Positions 36,463 through 47,113 of a stretch of 64,000 nucleotides of DNA are shown here, piece by piece. The notes below the pieces were generated by a model. It had not been told where the DNA came from. It saw only the letters and a list, made by a program, of their open reading frames with translations, and did not search any database. Position 1 is the stretch's first letter; each line of letters opens with the position of its first letter. The translations under genes and the position numbers were made by a program. Source of the DNA: Flavobacteriales bacterium (GTDB lineage: Bacteria > Bacteroidota > Bacteroidia > Flavobacteriales > UBA7312). The stretch is from the NCBI GenBank assembly GCA_016779995.1, contig JADHMO010000001.1:283411-347410 (forward strand), written 5' to 3'.

Positions 36463-37824
36463 TTATTTAATTGTTAATATTAATTGTTCAAAGGTCATAT
36501 TTTTTTGTGAACCATCAAACATATTTTTGACAGTTATTGTATTGGTTTTCATTTCATTTTCACCAACAAGCAACACATACTCAACGTTTTTTCTATCGGC
36601 GTATTGCATTTGTTTTTTCATTTTGGCTGCACTAGGGTAAATCTCCGATTTTATTCCTTCTGATCTCAACTTCTTTAAAAGATTTAAACAGTAATTTGCT
36701 TCGCTTTCGCCAAAATTAACGAATAAAACTTGAGTACCCTTTTCAGTAAACTTAGGGAACAAATCTAATGCCTCAAGTACAATACAGATTCTATCAAAGC
36801 CAAAAGATATACCGACACCGGACATATTTTCAAAGCCAAAAATACCAGTCAAATCATCGTATCTGCCACCACCACCAATACTTCCTATGCTAAGATCTTT
36901 AGCCTCAACTTCAAAAATTGCACCTGTATAATAGTTTAAACCTCTAGCTAGTGTTACATCTATATCCAAACTTGCACATTTAAGTTGAATTTCTTCTAGC
37001 TGATTAACGACTTGACTTAGTTCATCTACACCTTCCAAACCAATTTTTGAGTTTTTAAGAAAATCTTTAAGACTGCTTATTTTAAATGAATTAGTACCGT
37101 CAAGATTGAAAAGAATGTCCATTTTAGCTACAGACTCTTTAGATATCCCTTTTTCGTACATTTCCTCTTTAACTTTAACCTCTCCAATTTTATCCAGCTT
37201 ATCTAATGCAACCGTTATATCAATAATTTTATCTTCTTCGCCAACTACTTGGGCTATGCCACTAAGAATTTTCCTATTGTTTATTTTAATGGATATATTT
37301 TTTAGACCTAAGGAGTCAAATACTTCGTCATACAGTTGAACTAATTCTATTTCAGCTATAAGAGAAGTAGTGCCTATGATATCTGCATCGCATTGATAAA
37401 ACTCTCTAAACCTACCCTTTTGAGGGCGATCGGCTCTCCAAACATTTTGCATCTGAAACCTTCTAAAAGGAAAGGCAATATCGTTTCTATTTTGAGCTAC
37501 ATATCTAGCAAATGGCACAGTTAAATCATATCTGAGTGCTTTGTCTGAGATTTGTGGAGTTAAAGATTTAGAAGTTGAAGACTTGTCGAATTGAGTTTTA
37601 GATAGGAAATCACCAGATTTTAATATCTTAAAAATCAACTGATCACCTTCATCTCCATATTTACCAGTTAACGTTTCTAGCTTTTCCATAGAAGGAGTTT
37701 CGATTTGTTCAAAACCGAAGACACCAAAAGTTGTTTTCATCTTTTGGAACACATAGTTTCTTTTTCTCATCGTTTGAGGAGAAAAATCTCTGGTGCCCTT
37801 AGGAATACTAGCTTTATTATTCAT
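36463..37824 (-). CDS. hisS: histidine--tRNA ligase
   Basis: Class II aaRS motifs are present (PKGTRDF, FRYERPQ-like RADRPQKGRFREFYQCD, GGGRYDDL). The start is moved to MNNKASIPKGTRDF (37824). Confidence 0.93.
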   Translation of the reverse strand: MNNKASIPKGTRDFSPQTMRKRNYVFQKMKTTFGVFGFEQIETPSMEKLETLTGKYGDEGDQLIFKILKSGDFLSKTQFDKSSTSKSLTPQISDKALRYDLTVPFARYVAQNRNDIAFPFRRFQMQNVWRADRPQKGRFREFYQCDADIIGTTSLIAEIELVQLYDEVFDSLGLKNISIKINNRKILSGIAQVVGEEDKIIDITVALDKLDKIGEVKVKEEMYEKGISKESVAKMDILFNLDGTNSFKISSLKDFLKNSKIGLEGVDELSQVVNQLEEIQLKCASLDIDVTLARGLNYYTGAIFEVEAKDLSIGSIGGGGRYDDLTGIFGFENMSGVGISFGFDRICIVLEALDLFPKFTEKGTQVLFVNFGESEANYCLNLLKKLRSEGIKSEIYPSAAKMKKQMQYADRKNVEYVLLVGENEMKTNTITVKNMFDGSQKNMTFEQLILTIK

Positions 37825-37987
37825 TGTTTTAATCTTAAAATCAAGCAAATATCTGAAAAATTACTCTTGTAAATAATTAAGTCATTAGATATTTAAAATA
37901 AATTTTTACAAAAAAGTATTGTGAGATGATAAGATTTATAAGATATTTGCAAAATATTATTAATCTATTTTATCAAAAAAAAGAATT

Positions 37988-38404
37988 ATGAAAAAAATGC
38001 TTTTAACTGCAGCTATCGCTTTTACAAGTTTAATGGCTTCTGCACAATTTATGGTTACTGCTGATATCGATATCGAAGATTTCGATACTGATAGTATTAG
38101 CGAAACTACAGACTTCGGATTTGGTTACATGATCAATGACACTTGGACTGTAGGTGCTACTATCCCAGCTGGTGATGACGAAGACTTTAGAGTTTTTGCT
38201 CGTTACTACTGGAATGAGTCTATCTACTTAACAGCTAACACAACTGCTGAGGACTTCTCTGACAACCTACGTATAGGTGCAGGTTACAGCTTCGCTGCTT
38301 ACGGAAGTTTCTATGTTGAGCCTAACTACACTTTCAACGTATCAGAAGATGATAACAATGAAAGAAATGGTAAATTAAAATTAGGTTTAGCTTACAGATT
38401 CTAA
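37988..38404 (+). CDS. small outer-membrane beta-barrel protein
   Basis: 138 aa with a signal peptide and alternating aromatic beta-strand pattern. The C-terminus ends LAYRF, with the terminal Phe typical of OMPs. Confidence 0.55.
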   Translation: MKKMLLTAAIAFTSLMASAQFMVTADIDIEDFDTDSISETTDFGFGYMINDTWTVGATIPAGDDEDFRVFARYYWNESIYLTANTTAEDFSDNLRIGAGYSFAAYGSFYVEPNYTFNVSEDDNNERNGKLKLGLAYRF

Positions 38405-38424
38405 GCAAACAACTAAATTTAAAG

Positions 38425-38457
38425 AAAAGTGTATCGTAAATGATACACTTTTTTTTT
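38425..38457 (+). terminator. rho-independent terminator
   Basis: Stem aaaagtgtatc/gatacactttt with loop gtaaat, followed by a T-run. Confidence 0.8.
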
Positions 38458-38510
38458 GCTCTAATTCTGACTTATTCCTTAAATTTGTACTCTTATTTAA
38501 AACAAGATTT

Positions 38511-39200
38511 ATGATTTGGTTAATTATTATATTTTTTATGATTGTTGGTGGCATTGTTAGTAGCCGACTTAAAAATAAATTCAAAAAATACTCTCTAGTT
38601 CCCTTGTCTAATGGTATGACAGGTAAAGATGTTGCTGAGAAAATGTTAGCAGACCACGGTATCAGAGATGTGAAAGTGGTTTCAGTTCCTGGTAGACTAA
38701 CAGACCATTATAACCCAGCAGATAAAACGGTTAATCTAAGTCCCGATGTTTATAACAAATGTAGCGTAGCTTCTGCAGCTGTAGCGGCACATGAATGTGG
38801 TCATGCTGTACAACATGCAACGGCCTACTCTTGGCTACAAATGCGCTCAGCTATGGTGCCTGCAGTAGCATTCAGTAGTAAAATGTTAAATTTTATTTTT
38901 ATAATGATGTTTTTAGGTGCTGGTTTTTTAGGCTGGTTTGGTATAGATACTGCCTTATTAGTAGTCATCGTTTTTCAATCTGCAATAACCTTATTTACAC
39001 TAGTTACTTTACCGGTTGAGTTTGACGCAAGTAATAGAGCATTAGTTTGGCTAAACAGAAAAAATATTACCAATCAACAAAACCACCCTCTTGCTGTTGA
39101 TGCTTTGAAATGGGCGGCTGGAACTTATATGGTGGCTGCTTTAGCTTCTCTTACACAGTTGGCATATTACATTATGCTTTATTTGGATAACAGAGATTAA
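38511..39200 (+). CDS. YugP-like membrane zinc metallopeptidase
   Basis: 229 aa with an N-terminal TM helix, the HExxH motif AAHECGHAVQH, and C-terminal TM helices. Confidence 0.8.
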   Translation: MIWLIIIFFMIVGGIVSSRLKNKFKKYSLVPLSNGMTGKDVAEKMLADHGIRDVKVVSVPGRLTDHYNPADKTVNLSPDVYNKCSVASAAVAAHECGHAVQHATAYSWLQMRSAMVPAVAFSSKMLNFIFIMMFLGAGFLGWFGIDTALLVVIVFQSAITLFTLVTLPVEFDASNRALVWLNRKNITNQQNHPLAVDALKWAAGTYMVAALASLTQLAYYIMLYLDNRD

Positions 39201-39222
39201 AAACATACCCAAATTTAATACA

Positions 39223-39254
39223 ACCTTACTCTGAATGAGTAAGGTTTTTTTTTA
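39223..39254 (+). terminator. rho-independent terminator
   Basis: Stem accttactc/gagtaaggt with loop tgaat, followed by a run of nine T. Confidence 0.8.
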
Positions 39255-39316
39255 TTTGGTTTTTTAAGACAAATTAATTGCTGAAATTTGTACCTCATTT
39301 AAATATATTGCTTTTT

Positions 39317-42300
39317 ATGTCCAAGTCGTTTTGTTTTTCATTAATTTTTCTATTCTCAACAATTTATTCTTTCGCTCAAAAAAATTGGGCGCAAGACATT
39401 CACAACGAAGAAAAATCCTTATATGAAATTCAAGAAGCTTTTGAAAACTATTGGGAGAATAAAACCATAGGCAAAGGAAAAGGCTGGAAACCGTTTAAAA
39501 GAAGAGAGGCTTTTATGGAACCTAGAGTATATCCTTCAGGCTTTTTTCCATACGAACAATTATATACTGAATATAACAAGCTAATGAATCAGCCTAAAAG
39601 CACTTCTCAAGCTCCTTTTGAGGCCAATTGGCAAGCTTATGGTCCTACTCAAGTGCCATTACAAAATAATGGAAGAAAAAGAGGAGTTGGTAGAATTAAT
39701 AATGTGACTTTCAATCCAAATGACGATAATATACTCTGGGCGGGCTCCCCTTCTGGCGGCTTATGGAAATCAATAGATGGTGGTCAAAATTGGACATCTA
39801 ATACTGATTTATTACCTAATTTGGGTGTCTCTGATATTGCTATTGACCCCACAAATACAGACATAATGTATATCATTACTGGCGATAGAGATGCCGATGA
39901 CACCTACGCCTACGGACTAATGAAATCTACAGATGGAGGCGAAAGTTGGAATACAACAGGGCTATCCTTTAATATCAATAGTGCTTATAGAGGCAATCGC
40001 ATACTTATAAATCCTAACAACACCAATATTTTAATCGTTTCTACTAGAAAATCTGGATATGGCGAAACTTTTCGCTCTACTGATGGCGGTCAAAATTGGG
40101 AACTTGTTCTTCAAGGTCCAAACTTGATTTCTATGGAATTTAACCCAACAAATTCTAATCATATATATGCTGTTACAACCGGAACAAGTAAATACTACCG
40201 TTCCTATGACAATGGTGTAACATGGAACAATGTCACTAATGATTCTGGACTTCCAAATTCAGGAAACACTAGAGCCGTTGTAGCTGTAACACCTGCCAAC
40301 CCTAATGTTGTTTATATACTTTACAGTGCTGGTGGCGGTGGATTTGGTGGTCTTTATAAATCTACAGATGGGGGTTATAATTTCACATTACAATCTAACA
40401 GCCCTAATATTTTGAGCTGGGAGGTTGATGGCTCGGGAGCAGATGGACAAGGTTCCTACGATTTAGCTCTTGCAGTATCTCCCACTAATGAGGATATCGT
40501 TTTTACAGGTGGAATTAACATTTGGAAATCTACCAATGGCGGTGTTGATTTCAATATAAGCAGTCATTGGTATGGTGCTGATGACACTGAATATGTTCAC
40601 GCTGACCAACATATACTGAAATATAATCCTTCAAATGGAATACTCTACTCTGGAAATGATGGCGGTCTTTATAAATCAGAGGATAATGGGATAATCTGGA
40701 CAGATATAAGTGATGACTTACAGATTACTCAATTCTACAAAATAGGAATATCACAATCCAATTATGGATTATTAATAGGTGGCACACAAGATAATGGAAC
40801 CTTAAGATGTAATAGCGAAAATGATTGGGATGCTGTGAGAGGTGGTGACGGAATGGAATGTGCTATTGACCCCACTGACCCATCAATTATGTACTCAGAG
40901 GTTTACTATGGTGCTATTTCAATTTCAACAGACGGAGGTCAAAGCTGGAACGATATAGCACCTGATACAGATGGTGCTTGGATAACACCTTATGAAATTG
41001 ATCAAAATAACCCAAGTAGAATTGTTATTGGCTATGACAACGTTTATGAAAGTCTAGATTATGGCTCTAATTGGGAGATGATTTCTGGTACTTTTAATAA
41101 TTCAGGAAATATAGACGTCATTGCTCTCTCTACAAATTCTGATGTCATATATATTTCAGAAACAGAAGAAATTTATAAAACCATTGATGGAGGTGAAAAT
41201 TGGACTAACATAAGTTCAAGTTTGCCTAATAATACCGTTACTGATATTGCAATACACCCTACTGACGAAAATAGAGTTTGGATAACATTCTCAGGATATT
41301 CCAGCGGAAACAAAGTGTTTTATTCTAATGATGGGGGAACAAGCTGGGCTAATATTTCAGATGACTTACCTAACCTACCGGCTAATTGTATTTTGTTTTA
41401 TCCCCCTAACGAAACACTATTTGCAGGGACTGATATTGGTGTTTTCTATAAAGACAGCTCAATGACAAATTGGGAGTATTTTAATCAAGGATTACCCAAT
41501 GTAATTGTTACCGAATTAGAATATCATATCAATAGTAACAGTTTATTTGCTGGAACTTATGGCAGAGGTGTTTGGGCTACTAATTTACCATCTACAGCTC
41601 CCCCTGTGGCGTCCTTTAATTATTCTATCGTTGATGAATGCTCTGGCTTGGTATCATTTAATAATACTTCTTCAAACTCTAGCTCTGTTGAATGGAATTT
41701 CGGAGACAATAATAGCTCTAGCGAAGAAAATAGCACTCATCAATACCTAAATGACGGCACATACCAAGTAAAACTAGTTGCTACCAACAGTTTAGGAACA
41801 GATACTATTTATCAAAATATTACTATTGATATATTGGATATGCCAATTGCTTCAGATAATGAAAGTTGCACTCCTTCTTCATTAGAACTAACCGCAACAT
41901 CTAACAACCCTAATGCAGAAATTAATTGGTACGATAGTCCATTAAATGGTAATTTACTTGCTACTGGAGAAAATTACACTACAGAAGTTCTTAACGCTAC
42001 AACAGTATTTTATGTTTCTACTACAGAAGTTCTAAACTTTGGAAATATAGGACCGACTGAACACGAAGGGAATAATGAATACAGCAGCTCTGCATCTAGT
42101 GTAGGTTCTTTAGTATTTAGTGCTTATGAAAGTTTTATTCTTGAATCAGTCGATGTTTTCACTAACCAAGCGGGAGAAAGAAAAATTGTACTACTTGATG
42201 AAAACGATAATGTCCTTTTAGAACATACCGAAAATGTGCCTGTTGCTGACAACAATCCTCACACTATAGTTCTCGATTTCATGATAAATCCAGGCTTGAA

Positions 42301-43456
42301 TTATAAATTGGCAACAGATAATGCTGTAAGTATTGCTAATTTTGGAGGAGAAAATCCGCAGTTTAAAAGAACAGGTAACGCTGTACCTCTTTATTTCCCT
42401 TACAATTATGACAATACCCTAAGTATCACTAGTTCTTATTGGGGTAACGAAACCTTAACAGATTATTATTATTATTTCTACAACTGGAGAGTCAAAGAGA
42501 TATGCTCTAGTCCGTGTTTAGCAGTTGAAGCAAAAATAGGTAGTAATGAGGTTTTGACAATAAACACAAGCGAATGCCCATATGATAGCGTAATTCTAAA
42601 TGCTTCAGGCAATTTTACCTCTTTCGAATGGAGTAATCAATCTTCTAATCCAAATTTAACGGTTTATGAAAGTGGCGAATATAGTGTAAGTGCTTACGAT
42701 TCTGCTGGATGTATAGCCACAGAAAGCATAAATATTCCATTGATACAATCTTTCGACATAAATTCTAATGAAGTCTTATGTGAAGGCAGCTCTATATTTT
42801 TACAATGTTTATCTGGCTTAGACTCATACACTTGGAATACAGGAGAAAGCACCAACGTTATTTCTGTAAGTAGTAGTGGCATATATTCTGTAATTGCAAC
42901 AGATGCTAATGGTTGTGAGCTAAACGATGAAATTGAAATTAACTCAATAGAGCCAATTCAAGCAGTTATTCAAACAGAAATGGATTCTCTTATCGTATGT
43001 AAAGGTTCTGAATTCTCATTTAATATCGCTTCAACATTCTCTAGTGCAGTATGGAATGAAAGCTTTTCCGCTTTGCTTTATACTGGTACAGCATCAAGTT
43101 TAGGTGATAATATTATTTCTGTATTAGCTCAAGATGAAAATGGCTGTTACTCGAATGACTCTATTATCTTAAAAGTTGTTGATTGCGCTTCCTTAGAAGA
43201 ATACCTAGCAAATACAACACTTTATCCCAACCCTACAACTAGCGAATTTATCATTCAACATCAGTCATTGAATAATGATATTCAATTTATTGAAGTATTG
43301 GATTTACAAGGCAGGATTGTTGAACAAAGAAAAGCTGATTACACTAATGGCATTCTGTTTGAAAAGTTTGACTTAAGCGAATTAAGTTCTGGAATTTATC
43401 TTGTCGAGTTAATGGGTAAAAAAGGTAAGACAGTTAAGAAAGTAATTTTAGACTAA
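39317..43456 (+). CDS. large T9SS cargo protein: BNR/sortilin-like beta-propeller repeats, PKD domain, Ig-like domains and a type-A (Por) C-terminal sorting domain
   Basis: It has many S.DGG.(S/N)W repeats, a PKD motif (VEWNFGDNNSS), and the C-terminus TLYPNPTTSEFII...LSSGIYLVEL. The start is moved to the ATG at 39317, because a near-consensus -7 box (tgaaatttg, 39282-39290) overlaps the TTG start in the ORF track. Confidence 0.85.
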   Translation: MSKSFCFSLIFLFSTIYSFAQKNWAQDIHNEEKSLYEIQEAFENYWENKTIGKGKGWKPFKRREAFMEPRVYPSGFFPYEQLYTEYNKLMNQPKSTSQAPFEANWQAYGPTQVPLQNNGRKRGVGRINNVTFNPNDDNILWAGSPSGGLWKSIDGGQNWTSNTDLLPNLGVSDIAIDPTNTDIMYIITGDRDADDTYAYGLMKSTDGGESWNTTGLSFNINSAYRGNRILINPNNTNILIVSTRKSGYGETFRSTDGGQNWELVLQGPNLISMEFNPTNSNHIYAVTTGTSKYYRSYDNGVTWNNVTNDSGLPNSGNTRAVVAVTPANPNVVYILYSAGGGGFGGLYKSTDGGYNFTLQSNSPNILSWEVDGSGADGQGSYDLALAVSPTNEDIVFTGGINIWKSTNGGVDFNISSHWYGADDTEYVHADQHILKYNPSNGILYSGNDGGLYKSEDNGIIWTDISDDLQITQFYKIGISQSNYGLLIGGTQDNGTLRCNSENDWDAVRGGDGMECAIDPTDPSIMYSEVYYGAISISTDGGQSWNDIAPDTDGAWITPYEIDQNNPSRIVIGYDNVYESLDYGSNWEMISGTFNNSGNIDVIALSTNSDVIYISETEEIYKTIDGGENWTNISSSLPNNTVTDIAIHPTDENRVWITFSGYSSGNKVFYSNDGGTSWANISDDLPNLPANCILFYPPNETLFAGTDIGVFYKDSSMTNWEYFNQGLPNVIVTELEYHINSNSLFAGTYGRGVWATNLPSTAPPVASFNYSIVDECSGLVSFNNTSSNSSSVEWNFGDNNSSSEENSTHQYLNDGTYQVKLVATNSLGTDTIYQNITIDILDMPIASDNESCTPSSLELTATSNNPNAEINWYDSPLNGNLLATGENYTTEVLNATTVFYVSTTEVLNFGNIGPTEHEGNNEYSSSASSVGSLVFSAYESFILESVDVFTNQAGERKIVLLDENDNVLLEHTENVPVADNNPHTIVLDFMINPGLNYKLATDNAVSIANFGGENPQFKRTGNAVPLYFPYNYDNTLSITSSYWGNETLTDYYYYFYNWRVKEICSSPCLAVEAKIGSNEVLTINTSECPYDSVILNASGNFTSFEWSNQSSNPNLTVYESGEYSVSAYDSAGCIATESINIPLIQSFDINSNEVLCEGSSIFLQCLSGLDSYTWNTGESTNVISVSSSGIYSVIATDANGCELNDEIEINSIEPIQAVIQTEMDSLIVCKGSEFSFNIASTFSSAVWNESFSALLYTGTASSLGDNIISVLAQDENGCYSNDSIILKVVDCASLEEYLANTTLYPNPTTSEFIIQHQSLNNDIQFIEVLDLQGRIVEQRKADYTNGILFEKFDLSELSSGIYLVELMGKKGKTVKKVILD

Positions 43457-43457
43457 T

Positions 43458-44864
43458 CTATACAAACACTTTTTTAGGATTAAGAATACCTTTAGGGTCA
43501 AATATGGATTTTATACCTTTTTGAATGGCAATATTTTCTTCAGAAAATGCAATATCCATATAGCCTTTTTGGACTAATCCTATGCCGTGTTCACCACTAA
43601 TCGTACCACCAAGACTAACTGTTAATTCAAAAATTTCTCTAATGCCTTTTGACAAATCTTCGTTCCAAGCTTTGTCACTCATATCTCCTTTAATGATATT
43701 AATATGCAAGTTGCCGTCACCAGCATGTCCATAGCATACAGATTTAAAACCGTGCTTTTTGCCAATAGACTTAACCCCTTTTAGTAACTGAGGTAATTCT
43801 GCTCTAGGAACAACTGTATCTTCTTCTTTGTAAACGCTATTACTTTTGACCGCTTCTCCTACTGCTCTTCTCATTTTCCATAACTGTTCCTTTTGTAATG
43901 AGGAGTCAGCAAATAATATTTCGTCACAATCGTATTGCTCCATCACCTCCGTAATTTTTTCGCAATCTTTAAAAAGCATATCCATATCATTGCCATCGAC
44001 CTCAACCAACAAGTGAGCTTGAATATCTTCGTTGATTGGCACATTCATATCTGTAAATTTCAGAGTCCAATCGATAGCATCTCTTTCCATAAATTCGAGT
44101 GCCGAAGGTGTAATACCTGCTCTAAAGACAGCAGAAACAGCCTCACAGGCCTTTTCTGCAGAACGAAAAGGTACTAAAAGCGTTAGGTCATGTGATGGGT
44201 GAGGAATTAGCTTGAAAACAATTTTTGTAATAACGCCAAGGGTTCCTTCACTACCGACCATCAGTTGAGTTAAATTATAACCCGTGGAATTTTTCAAAAC
44301 ATTAGCTCCTGTCCAAATGATATCTCCCGAAGGTAATACCACTTCTAAATTTAAAACATAATCTTTAGTCACCCCATACTTGAGAGCTTTAGGACCACCA
44401 GAATTTTCAGCTAAATTACCTCCAAGGAAACTACTCCCCTTACTTGCAGGGTCGGGAGGATAAAACAATCCTTTAGCTTGTACAGCATCTTTAAAAACTT
44501 GATTGATTACACCTGGCTCAACAGTGGCTTGTAAGTTACGCTCGTCAATTTCTATTATTTTATTAAAACGCTCCATACTCATAGCTACACCACCACAAAC
44601 AGGCAATGAACCCCCACTCAGACCTGTTCTAGCACCACATGGAGTTACTGCTATATTTTGTTCGTTGCAATACTTCATTATCTTAGAAATATCTTCAGTA
44701 TGGCTGGGTTTTAAAACAATTTCAGGGAAAAACTTTAAATCTTCAGTCTCGTCGTGAGAATAATCATTAATACTTTCATCATCAGAAAATATTCCTTTTT
44801 CATCTAAAAAAGAATTGAAAAAATCTAAATCTTCTGCGCTTATCTTCTTATATCCTGTTTCCAT
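43458..44864 (-). CDS. FAD-linked oxidase (GlcD / D-lactate dehydrogenase family)
   Basis: It has an FAD-binding PCMH domain (VTPCGARTGLSGG) and the C-terminus GTISGEHGIG. The start is moved to METGYKK (44864), because the longer ORF would overlap the divergent DPP-IV start. Confidence 0.85.
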   Translation of the reverse strand: METGYKKISAEDLDFFNSFLDEKGIFSDDESINDYSHDETEDLKFFPEIVLKPSHTEDISKIMKYCNEQNIAVTPCGARTGLSGGSLPVCGGVAMSMERFNKIIEIDERNLQATVEPGVINQVFKDAVQAKGLFYPPDPASKGSSFLGGNLAENSGGPKALKYGVTKDYVLNLEVVLPSGDIIWTGANVLKNSTGYNLTQLMVGSEGTLGVITKIVFKLIPHPSHDLTLLVPFRSAEKACEAVSAVFRAGITPSALEFMERDAIDWTLKFTDMNVPINEDIQAHLLVEVDGNDMDMLFKDCEKITEVMEQYDCDEILFADSSLQKEQLWKMRRAVGEAVKSNSVYKEEDTVVPRAELPQLLKGVKSIGKKHGFKSVCYGHAGDGNLHINIIKGDMSDKAWNEDLSKGIREIFELTVSLGGTISGEHGIGLVQKGYMDIAFSEENIAIQKGIKSIFDPKGILNPKKVFV

Positions 44865-44914
44865 AATTTTAACAAAATTAAGTAAATTCGCCATACTAAA
44901 AACATAAAAAATAC

Positions 44915-47065
44915 ATGAGAAAGATATATCTAATATTAATGTTCCCCATTGTTTTATTGGCTCAGAAAAAAGAGATAACACTTGAAAACATTTGGGAAAC
45001 CTACGATTTCTATCCCAAATCAGTGAGTGGTTTTAACTCTATGCAAGATGGAAACTACTATAGTAAATTAGATAAAAAAGGAGATAATTCACAAATCAAC
45101 AAGTATAGTTTTCGTACGGGTCAGAAGACTCGCACACTTGTAGATTCTAAAAATATTGAAATCGATATCAGTAACTACACTTTTTCAAAAGATGAAAAGA
45201 AAGTCCTTTTCGCCAATGAGACTGAAAAAATTTATCGATACAGTTCAAAATCAATTTACCACATCTACAACTTGAAAACTAATAAACTAGAAAAGTTAAG
45301 TGATGATAAAGTAATGTATGCTGACTTCTCACCCTCTGGAGACAAAGTAGCTTATGTCAATTCAAATAACCTTTTTGTCAAAGATTTATCCAACGGCAAG
45401 ACCATTCAGATAACTACAGATGGAGAGCTAAACCAAATTATCAATGGAGCCACCGACTGGGTATATGAAGAAGAGTTTGGTTTAACACAAGCTTTCTTTT
45501 GGTCACCTGACGGAAATAAAATAGCCTTTTATAAATTCGATGAACGTGAAGTTAAAGAATTTTCTATGGATATGTTCAATGCTGAACTTTACCCAAGTCA
45601 ATACCAATTCAAATATCCTAAAGCCGGAGAAGACAATTCAAAATTAAGTTTACATATTTATAATATTGATGATGAAGAAACCACAACGATTTCTTTAAAT
45701 AAATCTTATGAATATATACCAAGAATGAATTGGACTAAGTCCAACGACCTGCTTTATATCCTTGCAATGAACAGACATCAAAATGAGCTAGACTTTATTC
45801 TTTACAATACCACTAATTCTACATCTGAAATTCTATTCTCGGAAAAAGACAAATATTATATCGACGTTCACGACAACACTACCTTTACCGATGACGGCCA
45901 AAGTCTAATTTGGACTTCAGAAAAAAGTGGCTTCAACCATATCTACATAGTAAATCTAGAAAATGGGCAAAGTCAGCAAGTCACGACTGGAAATTGGGAG
46001 GTTACCAAATACCATGGCATGAACCAAGATGACAACAAAGTTTTCTACACTTCAAACGAAGAAGGTGCTATTAACAAAAGTCTATATTGCATTAACTTGG
46101 ATGGTAGTGATAAAACAAAACTGTCAGAAGATTTAGGAACACATTCAAGTACATTCAGTAATGGCATGAAATACTATTCCAACACCTACTCTACTGCTGA
46201 CACTCCACCTTACATTAGCCTTCATAACCATACTGGAAAAGAAATAAGAGTATTGGAGGATAATGCAGACTTAAGTAATAAAATGGAAGAGTTTGATTTG
46301 ACAAAAAAGGAGTTCTTTTCATTTACAACCTCTGAAGATATAGAACTTAATGGGTGGATGATTAAACCATCGGACTTTGACCCCAATAAACAATACCCCG
46401 TTTTTATGTTTTTATATGGAGGACCTGGCTCACAACAAGTGGTTAACTCATGGGGTTGGTTTAATTACTTTTGGTATCAACACCTAGCCCAAAAAGGATA
46501 TATCGTAGCATGTGTAGATAATCGAGGTACTGGTGGTAGAGGTGCTGAATTCAAAAAGATGACCTATCTTCAACTAGGAAAGTACGAAACCATTGACCAA
46601 ATAGAAGCCAATAGATATTTAGCTAAACTACCCTATGTTGATGAAAATAGAATAGGTATCCAAGGGTGGAGTTATGGAGGCTATATGTCTTCATTAGCCA
46701 TTACTAAAGGTGCTGATGTGTTTAAAACAGCTATTGCGGTTGCGCCAGTAACAAATTGGCGATATTACGACAATATATATACCGAAAGATATATGCGTAC
46801 CCCACAAGAAAATGCTTCGGGCTATGATGATAACTCCCCTATCAATCACGTTGATAGTCTCAAAGGCAATTATTTACTTATTCATGGAACTGCTGACGAT
46901 AATGTACATGTTCAAAACACCTATGAAATGGTTTCTGCACTTATTAAAGCCAATAAACAATTTGATTTGTTCGTATATCCTGATAAAAATCATGGAATTT
47001 ATGGTGGTAATACTAGGTTACATTTATATAAGCTGATGACAGACTATATTTTAGAGAAATTATAA
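44915..47065 (+). CDS. S9B-family dipeptidyl-peptidase IV
   Basis: 716 aa. It has an N-terminal DPP-IV beta-propeller (DWVYEEEF), the catalytic Ser in GWSYGG, and HGTADDNVH. Confidence 0.9.
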   Translation: MRKIYLILMFPIVLLAQKKEITLENIWETYDFYPKSVSGFNSMQDGNYYSKLDKKGDNSQINKYSFRTGQKTRTLVDSKNIEIDISNYTFSKDEKKVLFANETEKIYRYSSKSIYHIYNLKTNKLEKLSDDKVMYADFSPSGDKVAYVNSNNLFVKDLSNGKTIQITTDGELNQIINGATDWVYEEEFGLTQAFFWSPDGNKIAFYKFDEREVKEFSMDMFNAELYPSQYQFKYPKAGEDNSKLSLHIYNIDDEETTTISLNKSYEYIPRMNWTKSNDLLYILAMNRHQNELDFILYNTTNSTSEILFSEKDKYYIDVHDNTTFTDDGQSLIWTSEKSGFNHIYIVNLENGQSQQVTTGNWEVTKYHGMNQDDNKVFYTSNEEGAINKSLYCINLDGSDKTKLSEDLGTHSSTFSNGMKYYSNTYSTADTPPYISLHNHTGKEIRVLEDNADLSNKMEEFDLTKKEFFSFTTSEDIELNGWMIKPSDFDPNKQYPVFMFLYGGPGSQQVVNSWGWFNYFWYQHLAQKGYIVACVDNRGTGGRGAEFKKMTYLQLGKYETIDQIEANRYLAKLPYVDENRIGIQGWSYGGYMSSLAITKGADVFKTAIAVAPVTNWRYYDNIYTERYMRTPQENASGYDDNSPINHVDSLKGNYLLIHGTADDNVHVQNTYEMVSALIKANKQFDLFVYPDKNHGIYGGNTRLHLYKLMTDYILEKL

Positions 47066-47113
47066 GTCAAGAAATTAGTATATTCGACCTTTTAATTTAA
47101 AAAAACATAAATT

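Noticed and set aside
43458-44981. Full-length 507-aa version of the FAD oxidase ORF, overlapping the divergent DPP-IV gene start
   Set aside because: The first 39 codons are hydrophobic junk and would overlap 44915-44981 of the opposite gene. The conserved protein starts at METGYKK (44864).
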